Positions 1 through 13,699 of a stretch of DNA of 64,000 nt are shown here, piece by piece (within the stretch, counting starts at the first letter, position 1; each line of letters starts with the position of its first letter). The stretch is taken from NCBI RefSeq assembly GCF_006345805.1, contig NC_043026.1:434001-498000 (forward strand), written 5' to 3'. Source of the stretch: Octopus sinensis (Eukaryota). The position numbers and the translations under genes are program-made. Under the pieces are notes generated by a model. The model was not told the DNA's origin and did not search any database. It saw only the letters and a program-made list of their open reading frames with translations.

Positions 1-319
1 TAATATAACATATATAAAATATAAAATTCAAATTTATATTTAAAATTGAAAATTAAAAAAAACTTTTTGTAATTATTAATTTATACTTATAAATATATAA
101 ATAAAAATTTATAAATTTATAAGTATAAATTAATAATTAAATTTCTTTTTAAATTTTTAATTTTAAATTGAAATAATTTAATTTTGAATTTTATATTTTA
201 TATATTTTATATTAATTAATTTATTTCTATGTTTAGGTTTATGTTTTTCACTGTTTGATTTGCCTAATAGTTGTTTTATCTCTAATTTAATATATAGATT
301 TATATATATATACATATAC

Positions 320-393
<74 letters not shown>

Positions 394-915
394 TATATAT
401 ATATCTGCGTCACATCAAACGCACCAACAGCACTGACACAACCAACAAGAATATCGAACACATCCCATCGAATGTGCATTTAGATATCTAATGTGCTCAG
501 TGAAGTGTGACTGTTCGTATTCATGTGAGACACTAGTTTAGTTCTGTGTGGGTGAAAGCATTACTTGATTAATGACCAGTGTTGCTCTCATTGTGTATGT
601 TATTGACCATTGTACAGAGTTGTCGTATCTGCTGATACTGGTGACAGAAGCGAGCAGTGCTGCTATCAGTGAACAGTTCGAAAACCTTCGCTCCGGTTTC
701 ACTTGTAGAGACAGTGGTAATATTGTCATCTGTAGGAACTCTGGATTGATATCTGGAGACAGTGCCTACCTGCGTGGTAATTCTGGAAGCAGAAGATAAT
801 ATTCCTTCTACTATAAACACAAGGTCTGAAATTTTGTAGGAAAGGACTAGTTGATCATATGAACCCCACTGCTCAGCTACTACTTGTTTTATTGAGCCTG
901 AAAGGAAAAAAGGAT

Positions 916-1015
916 NNNNNNNNNNNNNNNNNNNNNNNNNNNNNNNNNNNNNNNNNNNNNNNNNNNNNNNNNNNNNNNNNNNNNNNNNNNNNNNNNNNNN
1001 NNNNNNNNNNNNNNN
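916..1015. other. Scaffold gap (100 N)
   Basis: Run of N in the sequence. Confidence 1.
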
Positions 1016-1087
1016 GCGTGCGTAAAGTGCTTTTGGTATATTACGTTTCTATAAAAAAAGGAATAGAAAAATATATTTAGAACATAC

Positions 1088-1251
1088 AAAAATCCTTTCA
1101 TTGAGAAATAATGTGGAGCGGTTGAAGATAGGTCATCCCATGGAGAGCTTTTCAAATTTGCATGAGAGAACCAGCTTTCAAGATTTGAATTTCGTCCATC
1201 GAAAATCATAGTCACAACAGGTGTTTGGTTTTTATAAATCACCAGTTTCAC
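1088..1251 (-). CDS. Gene 1, third coding exon; later exons absent (scaffold gap)
   Basis: tttcag|GTGAAA...GGATTTTT|gtatgt, 164 nt, phase 0 to 2. VKLVIYKNQTPVVTMIFDGRNSNLESWFSHANLKSSPWDDLSSTAPHYFSMKGF; same length and phases as exons 32855-33018 and 63062-63225. Confidence 0.9.
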
Positions 1252-1451
1252 CTGAAAGATAAAAGCAAACATATAACAGACACGCGCTCGCGCACGCACG
1301 AACACATACCTCCCACCCAAAAAAAAAGCAAACAGACACAGAAAAATAAAATTTATTGATGGCTGTTAGTCTAATGTCCAGTCCACATTTAACTCATCAT
1401 TTCTTTGACTGCAAGGAATTAATAACATCTGTGCGTTTATATGTAGTAATG

Positions 1452-1483
<32 letters not shown>

Positions 1484-1497
1484 CTATATCTATATAT

Positions 1498-1584
<87 letters not shown>

Positions 1585-1712
1585 TATACATATATATATA
1601 TATGATATATATATATATATATATATACATATACATACATACACATATACGCACACACCACACACGCATAACATATACACACACACCACCATATATATAT
1701 ATCTATATATAG

Positions 1713-1744
<32 letters not shown>

Positions 1745-2304
1745 TACACGAACAACAACGCTCCCCCCCGTCCAATGGACATGCCGAGTTGTCAACATTT
1801 TAAACCAAATTTTCTCAAAAGAACTTGTCTGACCGTCCCATGGGCCTCCCCTTTGAGAAACTGATTTAACCTAAATTTGAGGGCACCAGCAAAAGAAGAA
1901 ACAATGAATTTTTTTTTCTCTATCGTTTTTCTTTGGAAGAAAAACGATTTTATTCACACAAATAAGCAACCGAAGAGTTTAAATTACAGTATGATAAGGC
2001 TGTTGACTGGGAGAACAAAAAAAACCCAAAGAACACAACATGTTAAACAGTAAGCATGGAAGGAAAACGTGCCTTAAGCTACAAAACACAAAAAAATGGA
2101 AGGTGCAATTATATACAGGTTGACGGATGAAAAGCAGGACAAAATCGGCTTTACCGATCGCATTCTCACCTGGAATGGATTTTTGTAATTCTTTCAAGAC
2201 TTGTACACGCCCTGATACCGTCGGTATCTACGTATGAAATTTGAGCGCAATCGGATGGAGGATGCCCGAGATCCTAGAAGACACACACACTGATAGACAG
2301 ACAA

Positions 2305-2683
2305 CGGATTTGCTAACCAACCACATGACTCCGGGTTCAGTCCCACTGCGTGACATCTTGGGCAAGTGTCTTCTGCTATAGCCCCGGGCCGACCAATGCC
2401 TTGTGAGTGGATTTGGTAGACGGAAACTGAAAAGAAGCCTGTCGTATGTATGTATATATATATGTATGTATGCGTGTGTTTGTGTGTCTGTGCTTGTCCC
2501 CCTAGCATTGCTTGACAACCGATGCTGGTGTGTTTACGTCCCCGTCAATTAGCGGTTCGGCAAAACAAACCGATAGAATAAGTACTGGGCTTACAAAGAA
2601 TAAGTCCCGGGGTCGATTTGCTCGACTAAAGGCGGTGCTCCAGCGTGGCCGCAGTCAAATTACTGAAACAAGTAAAAGAGTAA
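2305..2683 (+). mobile_element. SINE (family A), 5'-truncated
   Basis: Collinear with 56765-57166. Confidence 0.85.
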
Positions 2684-3177
2684 TATATATGTTACACACA
2701 CACACACACACACACACCACACACACACACACACACAAACACACATATATATATTTATATATATACACATATACATATGTGTGTGCCTGCATAATGGTGT
2801 CGTATGTGAATGTGCGTGTATGTATATTGGTGTGAGCGTTTGTATTTATGCGTGTGTGTGTATGTACATATACGTCCACGTATATACATATATACGCATA
2901 CAGAAACACATATATACAAAATATGCATACACACTTATATATATATACATACACATACAGGGTGCACTTGAATACCATTCGCGTGCTGGTGTATATGTAC
3001 GTGTTTGCACGCGTGTATATATAGTTGTGTGGGTGGGCATGTACAAGGGTGGGGTAAAATATGCCTGAAACATATCTAAAATATAATTTACCAAAATATA
3101 ATTTACCTTTATTACTATTATTATGATAAAGTGTGTGTAAAGGAATCTCATTTCGTGTGTGTGTGTTTGTGTGTAGG

Positions 3178-3212
<35 letters not shown>

Positions 3213-3264
3213 GTGCGTGTGTGTTTGTGTGTGTGTGTTGGAGAGTGAAATAGCGTATACATAC

Positions 3265-3443
3265 CTCATCGATTGGAAGATGCCTCCAGAAATCAAGGAT
3301 AGGATGTCGGAAGAAGTTAGGACAAAAGGTACCATTGCATTTGTCCACATTCCAGGTTGAAGGAAGTTCTATATTCATGAATGAATCATAGACTTTCGAA
3401 CCAGCTCTCATTGATAGGGCATATACTTTTATCCATTGACCAT
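3265..3443 (-). CDS. Gene 1, second coding exon (start of Trp-rich C-terminal domain)
   Basis: tttcag|AT...GATGAG|gtatgt, 179 nt, phase 1 to 0. GQWIKVYALSMRAGSKVYDSFMNIELPSTWNVDKCNGTFCPNFFRHPILDFWRHLPIDE; 49/59 aa identical to exon 45062-45240. Confidence 0.9.
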
Positions 3444-3775
3444 CTGAAATAACAACAACAACAACAACAATGATGATAATAATAATAATAATAATAATTA
3501 TAATAATAATAATAATATAATAATAATAATAATATAATAATAATAATAATAATAATAATCCTTTCTACTATTGGCACAAGGCCTGAAATTTGGGGGCGGG
3601 GGTCAGTACGCTACTGGTACTTAATTTATTGACCCTGAATGATGAAAAGCAAAGTCAACCTCAGCGAAATTTGAACTCAGAACGTAGAGACGGTCGAAAT
3701 ACTGCTAAGCATTTCTTCCAACGTACTAACGATTCTTCCAGCTCGACGCCATTAACAATAATAATGATGATGCTC

Positions 3776-3838
<63 letters not shown>

Positions 3839-3840
<2 letters not shown>

Positions 3841-6565
3841 GAGCAACAAAAAGAGAAAAATACTCCGCAAATATAACATCACAGAAAAAGATTTGCCTGA
3901 AATAAAAGAAAAGCTGAAGCAAGATATCCTTGCCAAAGCACAAAGGATCAGCCGGTACAAGAAACGCCAACGCTTCTTTGAAGAAAACAAAAAGTTCAAC
4001 TCCAACCCCAAAAAATTCTACCAAGAACTGGGCAAAAATAAAATAGAAGTCACTGCAGCACAACGGCAGAAGAATTGGAAGAATTCTGGGGAGAAAATGG
4101 TCGGCGAACGAACCACCAAAAAAAAGGAGTATCAAAATAACAACTCGGCATCTGAACAAACTTGGACCCCCATAACAACTGAAGAGGTCACCCAGGCACT
4201 GCAAAGACTAAGCAACTGGAAGCACCTGGGCATGACAAAGCCCCCAACTTCGGTTGAAATATCTAACAGGAATGCACAAAAAGCTGGCTGAAAACTTTAA
4301 AAACGTACTAGCAGAGCCAGAGACAATGCCTGAATGGCTCACGAAGGGGAAAACCATCTTAATTCCCAAATCAAATGAAACAGAAAAACCAAAAACTACA
4401 GACCAATAACCTGCCTCCCTACTATGTTCAAGGCATTTCCTGCAGTGATATCACAAAGGCTGAACAAGCACCTGGACGAAAACAAACTGTTCCCAGAAGA
4501 GCAGAAAGGATGCCGCAAAGGCTCATATGGCTGTAAAGATCAACTAATGATTAATAAAGCCATAACTGAAGACAGCCACAGAAAGAAGAAAGGCCTCAGT
4601 ATGGCCTGGATTGACTACAAAAAGGCGTTTGATAGCATCCCCCACACATGGATCCTCGAAACACTAGCCATTAACAAGTAGCACCAACATTGATAAAATT
4701 CATAGAGCACTCTATGAATAATGGCAAACAGTCCTACACCTCCAAACAAAAGAGGGACTCATGAAACCAAAGACATCCCCATTAGAAGAGGAATATTCCA
4801 GGGAGATACGCTCTCTCCACTCCTTTTCTCTGCTTGGCACTGTCCCTTCTATCTGATATCTGACTAAATATAACTGATGCGGATATAAATGTTACGCAAA
4901 ACGATCAGCCACCTTTTATATATGGATGACCTAAAACTATACCTGCAAATGACAAACAGCTGGAAACACTATTAAAGACAGTTCATGGATTTAACAAAGA
5001 AATAGATATGAAATTTGGATTAGAAAAATGCGCCAAAGTAACCATGAAAAGAGGAAAACTAGTTAAGAGTAGCAACATCACACTAGATGAAGCAAATGAA
5101 ATAAAAGAATTAGACCAAAGCCAAACTTACAAATACTAGGAATCCATGAACTAGATAAGACACAACACACACAAATGAAAGAGAAAATAAAAAAAGAATA
5201 TTATAGACGAGTTAGATCAATACTAAACACAGAGCTCAATGCTAAAAAAGATAATAGGTATCAACACTTTAGCTGTCCTAGTTATAAGTTACAGCTAAAT
5301 ATCCTTAACTGGACACGAAATGAACTGACCAAAATAGACAGGAAAACAAGAAAATAATGAGAGGATCTAGGATGCATCACCCAAAATCTGACATAGAAAG
5401 ACTATATATACAACATATAGAAGGTGGTAGAGGCCTTATACAGCTGGAAAACTACTATAAAATAACCACCATAGGACTGCAAAAAATCTACTTCAGAGGA
5501 AGGAAACTGATCCAGATAGCGGCAAAACACGAGCAAAATAAAAACTGTTCTCAGTATTTAAGGAAGCTGACAAATACAAACAAGAAATCATACCACCTAA
5601 TAAACATGAAGAAGAAGAAGAAGAAGATGAAGAAAACAAAAGCTATAAAAAAAATGAAATCCAACTAAAAATAGAACAGCAACGAACCATGATAAAACGA
5701 TGGCAAGAAAAGCCCCTTCATGGTAAATACTGGACTAAACTAAACGCAAAAGAAATAGACAAAGAAAAATCCCAGCAATGGTTGAGAAGTTCAGGACTCA
5801 AAGCAGAAACAGAGGGATTTTTAATTGCAGCACAAGACCAAAGCCTCCCCACCAGAAATTACCAAAAACATGTAATGAAAAGAAATATTACAAGTAACTG
5901 CAGAATATGTGGTGATGGACAAGAAACAATAAATCATATTATCTCTAGCTGCCCAGTCCTGGCTAAGAAGGAATATATTCACAGACATGACAGAGTTGGA
6001 ACTTACATACATTGGAAGCTATGCCACATTATGGAATAACAACAGAAAAAAGATGGTATAGGCACACACCAGAAAAGTCACAGAAAACGAGAAAGCAACC
6101 ATACTCTGGGATATGCCGATACACACAGATAGAGAAATAAGGCCAGCAGACCAGATATAGTTGTCAGAGATCATGAAGAAAAAAATGCTTTCTAATTGAT
6201 GTATCAATACCGGCAGATGACAACGTGTCTCTAAAAGAAATGGAGAAACTTTCAAATACAAAGACCTGGAAATAGAGGTAACGAGAATTTGGAATCTAAA
6301 AACAGAAACAATCCCTATCATAGTAGGTGCATTAGGCATGATAAAAAAATATTCAGACAATACATAACAAAAACACCAGGACTTACAAACACATATAACA
6401 TACAGAAAATTGCACTACTAGGCACTGCCACACATCCTACGCAGAACACTTTCCATACAATAACCATCAGAGCATCACAACAAATCACAGCACATACCCA
6501 AGGCACACAGAGCTGCGCTCGGTAGGAAGTGAAGCACGCTATAAAAATAAAAATAAAACTACTGG
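3839..6565 (+). mobile_element. R4/Dong-clade non-LTR retrotransposon, copy 1 (5'-truncated, frameshifted)
   Basis: RT motifs EEQKGCRKGSYGCKDQL, AWIDYKKAFDSIPH, HLLYMDDLK; CCHC CRICGDGQETINHIISSC; RLE-type LWDMPIHTD...RPDIVV. Flanked by (TAA)n. Confidence 0.9.
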
Positions 6566-6656
6566 ATAATAATAATAATAATAATAATAATAATATAATA
6601 ATTAATAATAATATAATAATAATAATAATAATAATAATAAAATAATAATAATAATA

Positions 6657-9193
6657 AATCACTGCAGCACCAACGGCAGAAGAAGTGGAAGAATTCTGGA
6701 GAGAAATATGGTCGGCGAACGAACAACCAAGAAAAAAGAAGTATTAAAACAACAAACTCAGCATCTGAGCAACTTTGGACCCCCATAACAACTGAAGAGG
6801 TCACCCAGGCACTGCAAAGACTAAGCAACTGGAAGGCACCTGGGCATGACAAGATCCCCAACTTCTGGTTGAAATATCTAACAGGAATGCACAAAAAACT
6901 TAACAGCATACTAGCAGAGCCAGAGACAAGCCTGAATGGCTCACGAAGGGGAAAACTATCTTAATTCCCAAATCAAATGAGACAGCAAAACCAGAAAACT
7001 ACAGACCAATAACCTGCCTCCCTACTATGTTCAAGGCATTTACTGCAGTGATATCACAAAGGCTGAACAAGCACCTGGACGAAAACAACCTGTTTCCAGA
7101 AGAGCAGAAAGGATGTCGCAAAGGCTCATATGGCTGTAAAGATCAACTAATGATTAATAAAGCCATAACTGAAGACAGCCACAGAATGAAGAAAGGCCTC
7201 AGTATGGCCTGGATCGACTACAAAAAGGCGTTTGATAGCATCCCCCACACATGGATCCTCGAAACACTAGCCATTAACAAAGTAGCACCAGAATTATAAA
7301 ATTCATAGGGCACTCTATGAATAAATGGTAAACACTGCTACAGCTCCAAACAAGAGGGACTCATGAAAAAAACGCCATCCCCATTAGAAGAGGAATTTCC
7401 AGGGAGACACGCTCTCTCCACTCCTTTTCTGCTTGGCACTGTCACCTCTATCTGATATGCTAAATATAACTGGATGCGGATATAAATGTTACGGCAAAAC
7501 GATCAGCCACCTTTTATATATGGATGACCTAAAACTATACGCTGCAATGACAAACAGCTGGAAACATATTAAAGACAGTTCATGGATTTACCAAAGAAAT
7601 AGATATGAAATTTGGATTAGAAAAATGCGCCAAAGTAACCATGAAAAGAGGAAAACTAGTTAAGAGTAACAAACACACTAGATGAAGCAAATGAATAAAA
7701 AGAATTAGACCAAAGCCAAACTTACAAATACTTAGGAATCCATGAACTAGATAAGACACAACACACACCAAATGAAAGAGAAAATAAAAAAAGAATATTA
7801 TAGACGAGTTAGATCAATACTAAACACAGAGCTCAATGCTAAAAACAAGATAATAGGTATCAACACTTTAGCTGTCCTAGTTATAAGTTACAGCTACAAT
7901 ATCCTTAACTGGACACGAAATGAACTGACCAAAATAGACAGGAAAACAAGAAAAATAATGAGAGGATCTAGGATGGCATCACCCAAAATCTGACATAGAA
8001 AGACTATATATCAACATATAGAAGGTGGTAGAGGCTTATACAGCTGGAAAAAACTACTATAAAATAACCACCATAGGACTGCAAAAATATCTACTTCAGA
8101 AGGAAGGAAACTGATCCAGATAGCGGCAAAACACGAGCAAAACAAAAAAACTGTTCTCAGTATTTAAGGAAGCTGACAAATACAAACAAGAAATCATACC
8201 ACCATAAACATGAAGAAGAAGAGAAGAAGAAGAAGATGAGGAAGAAACAACAAAAGCTATAAAAAAAATGAAATCCAAACTAAAAATAGAACAGCAACGA
8301 ACCATGATAAAACGATGGCAAGAAAAGCCCCTTCATGGTAAATACTGGACTAAAACTAAACGCAAAAGAAATAGACAAAGAAAAATCCCAGCAATGGTGA
8401 GAGAAGCTCAGGACTCAAAGCAGAAACAGAGGGATTTTTAATTGCAGCACAAGACCAAAGCCTCCCCACCAGAAATTACCAAAAACATGTAATGAAAAAG
8501 AAATTTTACAAGTAACTGCAGAAGAATATTGGAGATGGACAAGAAACAATAAATCATATTATCTCTAGCTGCCCAGTCCTGGCTAAGAAGGAATATATTC
8601 ACAGACATGACAGAGTTGGAACTTACATACATTGGAAGCTATGCCAACATATGGAATAACAACAGAAAAAAGATGGTATAGGCACACACCAGAAAAGGTC
8701 ACAGAAAACGAGAAAGCAACCATACTCTGGGATATGCCGATACACACAGATAGAGAAATTAAGGCCAACAGACCAAATATAGTTGTCAGAGACCATGAAG
8801 AGAAAAAAATGCTTTCTAATTGATGTATCAGTACCCGGCAGATGACACGTGTCTCTAAAAGAAAAGAATGGAGAAACTCTCAAAATACAAAGACCTGGAA
8901 ATAGAGGTAACTAGAATGTGGAATCTGAAAACAGAAACAATCCCTATCATAGTAGGTGCATTAGGCATGATAAAAAAAATATTCAGACAAATACATAACA
9001 AAAACACCAGGACTTACAAACACATATAACATACAGAAAATTGCACTACTAGGCACTGCACACATCCTACGCAGAACACTTTCCATACAATAACCATCAG
9101 AGCATCACAACAAATCACAGCACATACCAAGCACACAGAGCTGCGCTCGGTAGTGAAGTGAAAGCACGCTATAAATAAAATTAAAACTACTGG
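6657..9193 (+). mobile_element. R4/Dong element, copy 2
   Basis: Near-identical to copy 1 from the CACTGCAGCAC point onward; same 3' end (AAAACTACTGG) followed by (TAA)n. Confidence 0.9.
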
Positions 9194-9284
9194 ATAATAA
9201 TAATAATAATAATAATAATAATATAATAATTAATAATAATATAATAATAATAATAATAATAATAATAAAATAATAATAATAATA

Positions 9285-10839
9285 AATCACTGCAGCACCA
9301 ACGCAGAAGAAGTGGAAGAATCTGGAGAGAAATATGGTCGGCGAACGAACAACAAGAAAAAAGAAGTATTAAAAAACAAACTCAGCATCTGAGCAACTTT
9401 GGACCCCCATAACAACTGAAGAGGTCACCCAGGCACTGCAAAGACTAAGCAACTGGAAGGCACCTGGGCATGACAAGATCCCCAACTTCTGGTTGAAATA
9501 TCTAACAGGAATGCACAAAAAAACTTTAACAGCATACTAGCAGAGCCAGAGACAATGCCTGAATGGCTCACGAAGGGGAAAACCATCTTAATTCCCAAAT
9601 CAAATGAGACAGAAAAACCAGAAACTACAGACCAATAACCTGTTCCCTACAATGTACAAGGCATTTACTGCAGTGATATTCACAAAGGCTGAACAAGCAC
9701 CTGGACGAAAACAAAACTGTCCCAGAAGAGCAGAAAGGATGCCGCAAGGGCTCATATGGCTGTAAAGATCAACTAATGATTAATAAAGCCATAACTGAAG
9801 ACAGCCACAGAAAGAAGAAAGGCCTCAGTATGGCCTGGATCGACTACAAAAAGGCGTTTGATAGCATCCCCCACACATGGATCCTCGAAACACTAGCCAT
9901 TAACAAAGTAGCACCAGAATTATAAAATTCATAGGGCACTCTATGAATAAATGGTAAACACTGCTACAGCTCCAAACAAGAGGGACTCATGAAAAAAACG
10001 CCATCCCCATTAGAAGAGGAATTTCCAGGGAGACACGCTCTCTCCACTCCTTTTCTGCTTGGCACTGTCACCTCTATCTGATATGCTAAATAGAACTGGA
10101 TGCGGATATAAATGTTACGGCAAAATTATCAGCCACCTTTTATATATGGATGGCCTAAAACTATACGCTGCAAATGACAAACAGCTAGAAACACTATTAA
10201 AGACAGTTCATGGATTTACCAAAGAAATAGACATGAAATTTGGATTAGAAAAATGCGCCAAAGTAACCCTGAAAAGAGGAAAACTAGTTAAGAGTAGCAA
10301 CATCACACTAGATAAAACCAATGAAATAAAAGGATTAGACCAAAGCCAAACTTACAAATACTTAGGAATCCATGAACTAGATAAGACACAACGCACACAA
10401 ATGAAAGAGAAAATAAAAGAAGAATATTATTGACGCGTTAGATCAATACTAAATACAGAGCTCAATGCTAAAAACAAGATAATAGGTATCAACACTTTAG
10501 CTGTCCCAGTTATAAGTTACAGCTACAATATCCTTAACTGGACACTAAATGAAGGTAACCAGAATGTGGAATCTAAAAACGGAAACAATTCCTATCATAG
10601 TAGGTGCATTAAGCATGATAAAAAAAATATTCAGACAAATACATAACAAAAACACCAGGACATACAAACACATATAACATACAGAAAATTGCACTACTAG
10701 GCACTGCACACATCCTACGCAGAACACTTTCCATACAATAACCATCAGAGCATCTCAACAAATCACAGCACATACCTAAGGCACACAGAGCTGCGTTCGG
10801 TAGTGAAGTGAAAGCACGCTATAAAAATAAAACTACTGA
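9285..10839 (+). mobile_element. R4/Dong element, copy 3 with ~1-kb internal deletion at ~10552
   Basis: Same 5' truncation as copy 2. Jumps from GGACAC.AAATGAA to GGTAAC, sequences ~980 bp apart in copy 2. Confidence 0.9.
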
Positions 10840-10959
10840 ATGATAATAATAATAATAAAATAATAATAATAATAACAACAATAATAATAACAACAACAAC
10901 AACAACAACAACAGCAACAACAACAATAATAATTTCTTTAATAATATTACTTCACTTAC

Positions 10960-11287
10960 TTTTAAAGAAGGAAATCTCCTTGGTGTCATTCGTGCTGACG
11001 ACTGTCATAAAATTATTCGATGAGTAATTCTTACAAATATGGCTGACTTTGTTGTAAGTGAAAAATTGCGATTGGCTCCTCTGAGCGAGCGCGGTACAGT
11101 CGAATAGGTTTCGTGTAGAGAAGAATTCTTGTGCTGGAGATGCCTGAAGGTAAGCATAGGTATAACCAGGGCCCAAAGATTTGTAGTAGCCATGAAGTTC
11201 CTGATCTGAGGTAACAGCCAGAAATGTTGTAAGGGTTAGCAGCAACACTGCCATTGCAGCTGGACAATTTGAAAGAAACTGGGACAT
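10960..11287 (-). CDS. Gene 1, first coding exon: signal peptide + degenerate PAN/Apple-like module
   Basis: Acceptor cttag|AGACCAGA ATG (exon starts 11295) and donor AAAA|gtaagt (phase 1); 328 nt = 109 codons + 1. Reads MSQFLSNCPAAMAVLLLTLTTFLAVTS-DQEL...LFDCTALAQRSQSQFFTYNKVSHICKNY, a hydrophobic leader followed by a C..F.Y......C PAN-like pattern. Paralog at 48612-48941. Confidence 0.85.
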
Positions 11288-11338
11288 TCTGGTCTCTAAG
11301 ATTAAGAGAGGGAGACAGAGGGTGGAAAGGAATGGGAT

Positions 11339-11376
<38 letters not shown>

Positions 11377-11639
11377 CAGGCAGACAGACTGAGAAGGGCA
11401 GATAGGCAGACAGAGAGAGATTCAAGGGTTTCAGCTAAAGCAAAAGCGATCAGATAAATTTAATATTTAAAGGAGAAAAAAAAAAGGGATGGTGGAAAAG
11501 TGTAAGAGAGTAACAAAAAGAAACCGTGAAAGTGGGGAAAAGAGGTTTTATGTAAGATGAAGATCTGAAAAAGAACACGAAAAAAGAAATTAATTACGAT
11601 GTATAATTAAAATTTTAAAAATAAATTAATGTTATTAAT

Positions 11640-11781
11640 CCAACATCACCATCATAATCATCATCATCATCATCATCATCACCACTATCATCAACATCAT
11701 CATCATCATCATGAACATCATCACCATCACCATCATAATCATCATCATCATCATCACCACCATCACCACCATCATCATCAA

Positions 11782-11813
<32 letters not shown>

Positions 11814-12045
11814 CCACTATCATCACCATCACCACCATCATCATCAACATCATCAACATCATCATCATCATCATCATCGTCATCACCACTATCATCATCA
11901 TCATCACCACTATCATCACCATCACCACCATCATCATCAACATCATCAACATCATCATCATCATCATCATCATCGTCATCACCACTATCATCAACATCAT
12001 CACCACTATCATCACCATCACCACCATCATCATTATCATCATCAA

Positions 12046-12082
<37 letters not shown>

Positions 12083-12102
12083 GTCATCACCACTATCATC
12101 AA

Positions 12103-12134
<32 letters not shown>

Positions 12135-12159
12135 CCACCATCAACATCAACATCATCAA

Positions 12160-12194
<35 letters not shown>

Positions 12195-12657
12195 ACATCA
12201 CCATCACCATCATCATCATCATCACCACCATCAACATCAACATCATCATCATCATCATCGTCATCACCACTATCATCAACATCATCACCACTATCATCAC
12301 CATCACCACCATCATCATTATCATCATCAACATCATCATCATCATCATCGTCATCACCACTATCATCAACATCATCACCACTATCATCACCATCACCACC
12401 ATCATCATCAACATCATCAACATCATCATCATCATCATCATCGTCATCACCACTATCATCATCATCATCACCACTATCATCACCATCACCACCATCATCA
12501 TCAACATCATCAACATCATCATCACATCATCATCATCGTCATCACCACTATCATCAACATCATCACCACTATCATCACCATCACCACCATCATCATCTCA
12601 TCATCACTCATCATCATCTCATCATCATATCATCATCGTCATCACCACTATCATCAA

Positions 12658-12689
<32 letters not shown>

Positions 12690-12942
12690 CCACCATCAAC
12701 ATCACATCATCAACATCATCATCATCATCATCATCATCATCTCATCATCATCATCAACATCACCATCACCATCATCATCATCATCACCACCATCAACATC
12801 AACATCATCAACATCATCATCATCATCATCATCATCACATCATCAACATCATCATCATCATCATCATCATCGTCATCACCACTATCATCAACATCATCAC
12901 CACTATCATCACCATCACCACCATCATCATTATCATCATCAA

Positions 12943-12979
<37 letters not shown>

Positions 12980-13059
12980 GTCATCACCACTATCATCAAC
13001 ATCATCACCATCACCATCATCATCATCATCATCCTCATCATCAACATCAACATCATCAA

Positions 13060-13109
<50 letters not shown>

Positions 13110-13110
13110 A

Positions 13111-13148
<38 letters not shown>

Positions 13149-13185
13149 ACATCATCATCATCACCGTCATCATATCATCATCTGC
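11640..13185. repeat. Compound (CAT)n trinucleotide array with higher-order repeats
   Basis: CAT with CAC/CAA/CGT/TAT variants recurring in fixed order. Confidence 0.95.
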
Positions 13186-13272
13186 CTCATCTAATGAAAA
13201 GCTTCGCCATCGCTCCATAAATTCTTCCATTTGCAATTAGATTTTTTTCTCCTGTCGTCAAAGGCCGCTTAC

Positions 13273-13360
13273 TCTTGTCAGATTAGCTGCTTAGACGTCA
13301 ATTAACGATAGCCGTAACCATGTGAAATATTTGAAGCATCAATTGATGATGTCCGAAGTT
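13273..13360 (-). other. Possible 5' UTR exon of gene 1
   Basis: Donor-like AAGA|gtaagc plus patchy similarity (agacgtca; aaatat..gaag.at) to 49397-49500. Confidence 0.25.
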
Positions 13361-13554
13361 TGAATATTAATTCAATGTCAAAAATGTTGATACGTGCAAG
13401 ATGGTTCTGCATCATTTATGGAGACCTCTACATGTAGGGAGACCTCTACATGGTAGCTAGACCTTATGAAAATAAACTTCATAAAATCAGCACAAACTCT
13501 TGTTCTCTTCACAATACACACCCGCTAATGTCAGCACACACACACAGACACACA

Positions 13555-13594
<40 letters not shown>

Positions 13595-13699
13595 GATCGT
13601 AAACCTGCACACCTAATTATAACACATAGGCGCATACATGAAATACAATGTGATATAAAAACAATTCACTTTCACTGAGGTTCAAGGTAGACTCTACAC

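Noticed and set aside
1-400. AT-rich origin or regulatory element
   Set aside because: Near-100% AT low-complexity sequence grading into (TA)n; most likely degraded microsatellite or noisy consensus.
572-900. Final exon of gene 1 (acceptor at ~898) or a protocadherin fragment (TVYVID, CRDSG)
   Set aside because: In the required phase it stops after 8 codons and lacks the RRFYV...GWL motifs. Cadherin-like words are scattered across frames with no DxNDN or LDRE. The segment matches gene 2's upstream region.
11629-13240. 521-aa poly-His ORF (and overlapping poly-Ile/Met ORFs) as a His-rich structural protein
   Set aside because: Pure CAT-type repeat open in several frames, with no signal peptide or unique sequence; it lies antisense within gene 1's upstream intron region.
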